Shown one piece after another: positions 27,549-32,000 of a stretch of DNA of 32,000 bases; positions within the stretch are counted from its first letter, which is position 1, and the number at the start of each line of letters is the position of its first letter. The translations under genes were made by a program, and so were the position numbers. Under the pieces are notes generated by a model. It ran no database searches and had not been told where the DNA came from. It worked only from the letters and a program-made list of their open reading frames with translations. The DNA comes from Raphidiopsis brookii D9. Lineage in GTDB: Bacteria > Cyanobacteriota > Cyanobacteriia > Cyanobacteriales > Nostocaceae. The stretch is taken from the NCBI GenBank assembly GCA_000175855.1, contig ACYB01000021.1:58656-90655 (forward strand), read 5' to 3'.

Positions 27549-28025
27549 GTGAAACCCCAGGAGGAAGATTCCCAAACCGAAGATGAAATTGCAACAGAGC
27601 AATCATCTCAAACTCTGGCATTGCTCGCAAACATTGCTCAATCTCCCCAGTTTCTATGTGAAGCCCAAGTAAAAAAAGTTTCTCCTGCTGCCTTAGCTTA
27701 TTTAGGTGATGCGATTTATGAACTTTATGTTAGAATGTTCTATCTGTGGCCACAGGAAAGACCGGAGATTTATCATAGCTTGGTAGTAGCGCAGGTGAGA
27801 GCAGAAAAACAGGCCTCACATTTGCGCTCTTTGATTCCTGAACTGAGGAATCATGAATTAGAAATCGTTCGCAGGGGGCGCAATGCAGCCACAGGGCGTC
27901 CCAAACGACTAGATCCTGAAATTTACCAGCAGGCCACAAGTTTAGAAACTTTAGTTGGCTATTTATATCTCACTGATTACCCCCGTTTAACAGAATTGCT
28001 ACAAAAACTCCCTCTGGAAAAATAA
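27549..28025 (+). CDS. mrnC: Mini-ribonuclease 3
   Basis: 158 aa from GTG, with LAYLGDAIYELYVR, RRGRN and ATSLETLVGYLYL motifs. The start is uncertain because there is no ATG upstream of the first motif. Confidence 0.75.
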   Translation: MKPQEEDSQTEDEIATEQSSQTLALLANIAQSPQFLCEAQVKKVSPAALAYLGDAIYELYVRMFYLWPQERPEIYHSLVVAQVRAEKQASHLRSLIPELRNHELEIVRRGRNAATGRPKRLDPEIYQQATSLETLVGYLYLTDYPRLTELLQKLPLEK

Positions 28026-28116
28026 TTAACTAGCTTACTTGTGTCATAGCAAAATAGTTACGGTTGATGAAGCCAGATGGAATCGTTTGTTCACATACCT
28101 ACTACAATAAATAACC

Positions 28117-29091
28117 ATGAGCTACCAACCTAAAAAGAACAATCACGTCAGGGAATCCGAACGTCCGCAACCAATAAAAATCAAAGGCAAGCGTGTCCTG
28201 AGTCATCCTATTCGCACTCACAAGAAAGCAGAGGTTATACTCCCTAAACCTCGTCTCTTAGACCAAGCTTACCAACCACCGGTACAAATTAAAAACTCTG
28301 AAGAACAAGATAATGATCTTATTTATGGGCGGTATCCTGTCCTAAGTGCTTTGGAAAGTCATCGTAATCTTAATCGTCTTTGGATTACTTCCAGGTTAAG
28401 GTATGATCCCAGATTTCATCATCTAGTTCTGCAAGCTAAAGATAATGGCACTGTAATTGACGAAGTTGACCCCAAGCGTTTAGACCAAATTACCAATGGT
28501 GCAAATCACCAAGGTGTAGCTGCTCAAATTGCTCCCTATACCTACACTGAATTAGAGGACTTAATTAGTCAAGCCCAAACTGTATCAGAACCAGTGATAG
28601 TTGTTGCTGATGGGATTACCGATCCCCACAACCTGGGAGCCATTATTCGCACTGCTGAGGCCATTGGTGCTCAGGGACTGGTAATTCCTCAAAGAAGAGC
28701 TGTTGGAATTACTTCTACTGTGGTCAAGGTCGCTGCTGGGGCTTTAGAAAACTTTTCTGTGGCTAGAGTTGTTAATTTAAGTCGCGCTTTAGAGCAACTA
28801 AAAGAGTCCGGATTTTGGATTTATGGAACTGCTGCTACTGGCAGTGAACCTTTACATAGCGTTCGGTTTACAGGCTCTACGGTTTTAGTGGTCGGATCCG
28901 AGGGTGAGGGTTTGAGTATGTTGACACAAAAATCCTGTGATGTTCTAGTCTCTATTCCCTTGCAGGGTAAGACACCTAGCCTTAACGCCTCCGTAGCAAC
29001 CGGTATGGCGCTTTATGAAATTTATCGCCAACGCTTGTCAAATACTCATTATCTTGATAAATTACATACATTTTCTGGGAAAAAACTTTGA
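28117..29091 (+). CDS. rlmB: 23S rRNA (guanosine-2'-O)-methyltransferase, SpoU/TrmH family (RlmB-like)
   Basis: 324 aa. SpoU motifs [27 protein letters not shown] and [15 protein letters not shown], plus a substrate-binding N-domain and a ~65-aa basic N-terminal extension. Confidence 0.8.
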   Translation: MSYQPKKNNHVRESERPQPIKIKGKRVLSHPIRTHKKAEVILPKPRLLDQAYQPPVQIKNSEEQDNDLIYGRYPVLSALESHRNLNRLWITSRLRYDPRFHHLVLQAKDNGTVIDEVDPKRLDQITNGANHQGVAAQIAPYTYTELEDLISQAQTVSEPVIVVADGITDPHNLGAIIRTAEAIGAQGLVIPQRRAVGITSTVVKVAAGALENFSVARVVNLSRALEQLKESGFWIYGTAATGSEPLHSVRFTGSTVLVVGSEGEGLSMLTQKSCDVLVSIPLQGKTPSLNASVATGMALYEIYRQRLSNTHYLDKLHTFSGKKL

Positions 29092-29187
29092 AAAAATCAA
29101 CCTAACAGAGTATAAAGAAATGTAAAACCTAATTTGTTTTAATTTTGTTCTGTCACCTGTTAACACATTTATAAATTGGTGGAAACC

Positions 29188-29487
29188 ATGAAAAATATTT
29201 GGCAAAACCTTAAAGAGTCCTTAATCAACCTGAATAACAGTTTGGGTTTGGCTTGGTGGGTGGAGATTGTCACTCAGAATCCCCGTTGTACCTATTACTT
29301 TGGGCCTTTTTTAAGCCTGAACGAGGCCACAGCTGCCAGTAATGGCTATGTAGAGGACTTGGAAGCAGAAGGAGCACAGGGGATTACAATCAATGTTAAG
29401 CGTTGCAAACCTGATAATCTGACCATTGAAGACCTGGGGGGAAAGATTGACCGCAAAGTAAAGCCTATCTTTAGCGGTCAGGTTTAG
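29188..29487 (+). CDS. DUF1816-like small protein
   Basis: 99 aa from ATG 29188 (the ORF-track TTG is at 29176). The motif WWVEIVTQNPRCTYYFGPFLSLNEA matches my memory of DUF1816 proteins. Confidence 0.65.
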   Translation: MKNIWQNLKESLINLNNSLGLAWWVEIVTQNPRCTYYFGPFLSLNEATAASNGYVEDLEAEGAQGITINVKRCKPDNLTIEDLGGKIDRKVKPIFSGQV

Positions 29488-29503
29488 GAATTATTGGGCT
29501 GCA

Positions 29504-29532
29504 AAACTCCTACGCTAGTAAAGCGGGGAGTT
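29504..29532. terminator. Hairpin between convergent genes (possible bidirectional terminator)
   Basis: AACTCCTACGCT-AGTAA-AGCGGGGAGTT, with stem AACTCC/GGAGTT plus CGCT/AGCG. It lies between the DUF1816 gene stop (29487) and the DsbA-like gene stop (29537). The U-tract is weak. Confidence 0.35.
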
Positions 29533-29536
29533 ATGC

Positions 29537-30295
29537 TTATTTAATTTCTAGCAGTTGCCAAAAATGTTTCCAGCTCTGATAGCTGGATAGGTCCGGTAAA
29601 ATTTGGACTAGTGATAATAAAAGAGGGGTACCGGAAAGGTTGAGGTTGTTCACCAAATCTAGGTCTTTTTGAATTGCTTTGTCTGCTAGTTGTCTGTCTT
29701 GATTAAATTTGCCTAAATCTAATTTGAGACTTTTGGCAGTTTCTATGTATAGACTCTCCCCTAGCTGGTTTTGTTTAGTGAATAAGGTGTCATGGTACTG
29801 CCAAAACTTACCTTGTTGATGTGCAGCCCAGGCTGCTCGAGCAGCTGGTAATGCTTGACTGTGGATTTGAAAAAGGGGAAAGTGTTTATAAACTAGGGTA
29901 AACCGGTTAGGGTACTTATTCAATAAATTCTTGAGGGTTTTATGTGCTTCACTGCAATAGGGGCACTCGAAGTCAGAAAATTCTAGTAGAACAGTTTGTA
30001 GTTTTGATGAACCAATAGTAGGGGAGTTAGCAATAACATCCTGTGGGTTTTGACTGAAGTTTTTGATAAACTCTTGTCTTCTGGTGATAACTCTTTGCTG
30101 TTGTTCTTCTTGGTAGGCTTGAACAGCCTCGATAATGGTTATCGGGTTGCGACGGATAATTTCTAGTACTTGTTGTTCTAGTTTTAGATCTATCTGGGTT
30201 TGGGCATAGGTTGGTAATATCAAAGCAGACCACAATAAGGTACTCAGTAGAATACTGGATATACGAACTATCCAATTTTTAAAAACTTGACTCAT
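29537..30295 (-). CDS. Secreted thioredoxin-fold thiol:disulfide oxidoreductase (DsbA family)
   Basis: 252 aa with a signal peptide and the CPYC active site in FSDFECPYCSEAH. Confidence 0.75.
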   Translation of the reverse strand: MSQVFKNWIVRISSILLSTLLWSALILPTYAQTQIDLKLEQQVLEIIRRNPITIIEAVQAYQEEQQQRVITRRQEFIKNFSQNPQDVIANSPTIGSSKLQTVLLEFSDFECPYCSEAHKTLKNLLNKYPNRFTLVYKHFPLFQIHSQALPAARAAWAAHQQGKFWQYHDTLFTKQNQLGESLYIETAKSLKLDLGKFNQDRQLADKAIQKDLDLVNNLNLSGTPLLLSLVQILPDLSSYQSWKHFWQLLEIK

Positions 30296-30395
30296 GACAA
30301 AATAGGAAATGGTTCTTAACCAGAGTAGCTTATGGTGATGTACAATAACTCTATTTATACCTTCTTTACATGTTCGGAGAGATAATTCTTAATTT

Positions 30396-30740
30396 ATGAA
30401 GTGCCTAGTTGAACTTTCAAACAAGGAAGCCAAAGACTACTTCTTAAAGGGAATTAGCTACTTTAATAGTAATATGCCAAAACACATTAAATTTGATACA
30501 ATTCTATATAATATCAGTTCACTACTAGACGGGAAATATTACCGTCAAAACGGTAGGGACCTTTTTGAGTGTCTACCATCTGGTTTGTCAGATGTAAATT
30601 ACAACTTTGCGACTAACAAGGATGGGAGGTTTGCTTGGAGACCACTAGAGTTAATACATCCAGCTATCTATGTTTCATTAGTGAATTTGATCTGTGAAGA
30701 TTCCAATATGGTCTTGCAAAAAAAACTCGATAACCCTTAA
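30396..30740 (+). pseudogene. Probable N-terminal stub of a stand-alone defence-type reverse transcriptase (UG/Abi class)
   Basis: 114-aa ORF. KEAKDYFLKGISYFNSNMPKHIKF...DVNYNFATNKDGRFAWRPLELIHPAIYVSLVNLI resembles, from memory, the region preceding the finger and palm motifs of such RTs. It ends before any RT catalytic motif, in a very AT-rich context. Confidence 0.35.
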
Positions 30741-30796
30741 AATATTAGTAAAGTTTCAGACTTCTGGCAGTAGTATAGGTTTTAGGTGGTATTAAA

Positions 30797-31084
30797 TTGG
30801 TTGAATCAAATCTCTTCTCAAAATTAGAGAATCTATTGAGGTCGCAAAACTTTAGAGAAGCTGACACAGAAACTCTAATAGATAATGTTCAATTTCTCAG
30901 AAAACTACGTAATTCCATAGCCCATTCCAATGTTAACATAGACAAAGATACTGGCTATATAAGATTCAAAAACTTTAACAAAAATAGGGACTGTGATTTT
31001 GAGGTTACCAATAATATTCCTGGACTTGCAAAGTTTGTTGAGGAAATTAGTGGGTTTTTCATTGATGAGAATAATATCATTTGA
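30797..31084 (+). CDS. Small ORF with HEPN-like R-x4-H motif (possibly the C-terminal remnant of the same defence gene)
   Basis: 95 aa with a TTG start only (AGGTGG 7 nt upstream). The motif LRKLRNSIAHSN gives R-x4-H. No ATG start is available, and the frame differs from the upstream stub. Confidence 0.3.
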   Translation: MVESNLFSKLENLLRSQNFREADTETLIDNVQFLRKLRNSIAHSNVNIDKDTGYIRFKNFNKNRDCDFEVTNNIPGLAKFVEEISGFFIDENNII

Positions 31085-31254
31085 CAATTTAAAACGATTT
31101 TTTTAACCAGAAAAAACAGACTTTTATAAACAGTTATTTGGAATTGAATAGATATTTTCAATCCAAGCATTTCCGGGATAAAAAGGATATTGAAGAAAGA
31201 GCTGAGTATTTTGCTGATATTGCCCTAGGAACTTGGGGATATTTTGGTAATCAA

Positions 31255-31853
31255 TCAATTGCTAAGAGATCCAGTGTTTCCCGTGAAATTACTTCCAGGA
31301 ATTCCCGATTGACTGGCGATGAATTTCAATATTTCTGTTTCTAATGATGACAAACCGTCTAAAGTTTGTCGTAAAAATGTCATTAGATCAATATCTATAG
31401 AAGGTTGTTGTAGTTGCAGAAATTTATTAGTGTCACCTGCAAATAAATCTTGAATTAGATGTCCAACAATTTGTAAGTAACGCGGATTACCTTCATATAT
31501 ATCAATTAATTTCTGATATGTTCGTAGATATTTAAGTTGATACTTTTTGAGCAAATTGACAGCATCAGCACCTAACCCTGATAACTCCCAGGGGAAAACA
31601 TTCTGATAATTATTATTAGTCAACACCGACAATTCAGGAATCTTTTCACTGCTAATAAGAATGACGCAACTTTGGTTTTTGACACTAAATAATAGTTTAA
31701 ATAAATTACTGTATGGTTGATATTCCTATTGATATTGACCGGATAATTGTTGGTTTTTAAAAACACAGTTAATATCATCCAGGATGATTAAATATCGTCC
31801 TTGTGCCAAAGATTTTTTCAGATGGGAAAGTTGATAAGTGGAATTATTCTCGG
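31255..31853 (-). pseudogene. Internal fragment of a STAND (NACHT/NB-ARC-type) NTPase gene with an in-frame stop
   Basis: The reverse frame reads ...LSHLKKSLAQGRYLIILDDINCVFKNQQLSGQYQ*EYQPYSNLFKLLFSVKNQSCVILISSEKIPELSVLTNNNYQNVFPWELSGLGADAVNLLKKYQ...LIDIYEGNPRYLQIVGHLIQDLFAGDTNKFL...LDGLSSLETEILKFIA. Walker B, GNP(L)AL-like and winged-helix regions are present. There is a TAG at 31728-31726, and no P-loop, no N-terminal effector and no C-terminal repeats. Confidence 0.65.
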
Positions 31854-31858
31854 TAATG

Positions 31859-31889
31859 AAAAGCTCCTCACCTGGTGGGGAGCTTTTTT
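31859..31889. terminator. Strong hairpin with flanking A- and T-tracts (bidirectional terminator-like)
   Basis: AAAAGCTCCTCA-CCTGG-TGGGGAGCTTTTTT forms a 9-bp stem (31862-31870 / 31876-31884, one G.U pair) that A/T pairs can extend. T6 follows on the plus strand and TTTT on the minus strand. Confidence 0.55.
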
Positions 31890-31956
31890 ATGGGTGAGAA
31901 AATACATGTTTTTAAAAACTAGATGCTTTTAGTCGGTTTGTTGGGAGGGCGATCTC

Positions 31957-32000
31957 GCGTAGCGAGTACTTCGTAAACGCGCATGGCAAGTGCTTCGCAA
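31957..32000. repeat. GC-rich degenerate ~24-nt tandem repeat, truncated by the window end
   Basis: gcgtagcgagtacttcgtaaacgc (31957-31980) is followed by gcatggcaagtgcttcgcaa (31981-32000). The two units match at 15 of 20 aligned positions. The composition contrasts sharply with the AT-rich DNA to the left. Confidence 0.3.

Noticed and set aside
27037-27630. 197-aa minus-strand ORF, one of the longer unexplained ORFs in the track
   Set aside because: It runs antisense across the whole STAS gene and into the mini-RNase III gene, both of which have clear family motifs. Its own translation has no recognisable motif, so I treat it as a shadow ORF.
31138-31344. 68-aa plus-strand ORF (TTG start) and the minus-strand ORFs 30905-31087 and 30955-31170
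   Set aside because: They lie in very AT-rich debris and overlap the STAND fragment or the HEPN-like ORF in antisense. They have non-ATG starts or no RBS, and no recognisable motif.
31861-31872. CTCCTCAC in the hairpin, reminiscent of the Yfr1 sRNA core (ACUCCUCACAC)
   Set aside because: The match is partial. It lies within the stem and loop of a single hairpin rather than in a single-stranded stretch between two hairpins.
1-32000. Scan for tRNA/rRNA genes, CRISPR arrays, IS elements, transposases and integrases
   Set aside because: No T-loop or acceptor-stem-like structures, no regularly spaced direct repeats, no terminal inverted repeats and no transposase- or integrase-like ORFs were recognised by eye. 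A computational scan (tRNAscan-SE, Infernal/Rfam, ISfinder) would be needed to be definitive.

Overview
This is a chromosomal segment from a filamentous, heterocyst-forming (Nostocales-type) cyanobacterium. I infer that from seven copies of the HIP1 octamer GCGATCGC (3033, 14556, 15033, 16145, 16788, 20982, 25440), a complete beta-carboxysome operon and a hetP-family gene. The core of the window (13.3-23.7 kb) is a CO2-concentrating-mechanism supercluster. A three-gene NDH-1 CO2-uptake module (ndhF-type, ndhD-type and a ChpX/ChpY-family CO2 hydration protein, minus strand) is transcribed divergently from ccmK2-ccmK1-ccmL-ccmM-ccmN-ccmO. A CbbR/CmpR-type LysR regulator follows 44 nt later, and its stop overlaps the trpD start. 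The flanks are mostly housekeeping genes: cobL (partial), a beta-CASP MBL hydrolase, rsmA, ispE, an Orn/Lys/Arg-type decarboxylase, prs, a CBS protein, carA, a STAS protein, mini-RNase III, rlmB and a DsbA-like protein. Three parts are less ordinary. First, an AT-rich two-component pair whose REC-AraC regulator has Glu at the phospho-acceptor position. Second, a HetP-family ORF apparently co-transcribed with a divergent trpC paralogue, behind a 640-bp leader containing clustered ATAGAC/GTCTAT half-sites. Third, the last ~1.7 kb is AT-rich gene debris that looks like a decayed defence island: a reverse-transcriptase N-terminal stub, an Rx4H HEPN-like mini-ORF and an internal fragment of a STAND NTPase with an in-frame stop. 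I recognised no tRNA, rRNA, CRISPR array, transposase or intact prophage gene. I could not identify an intact, clearly novel multi-gene system. The findings below are the best leads, and all family assignments are by eye or from memory and need HMM or BLAST confirmation.
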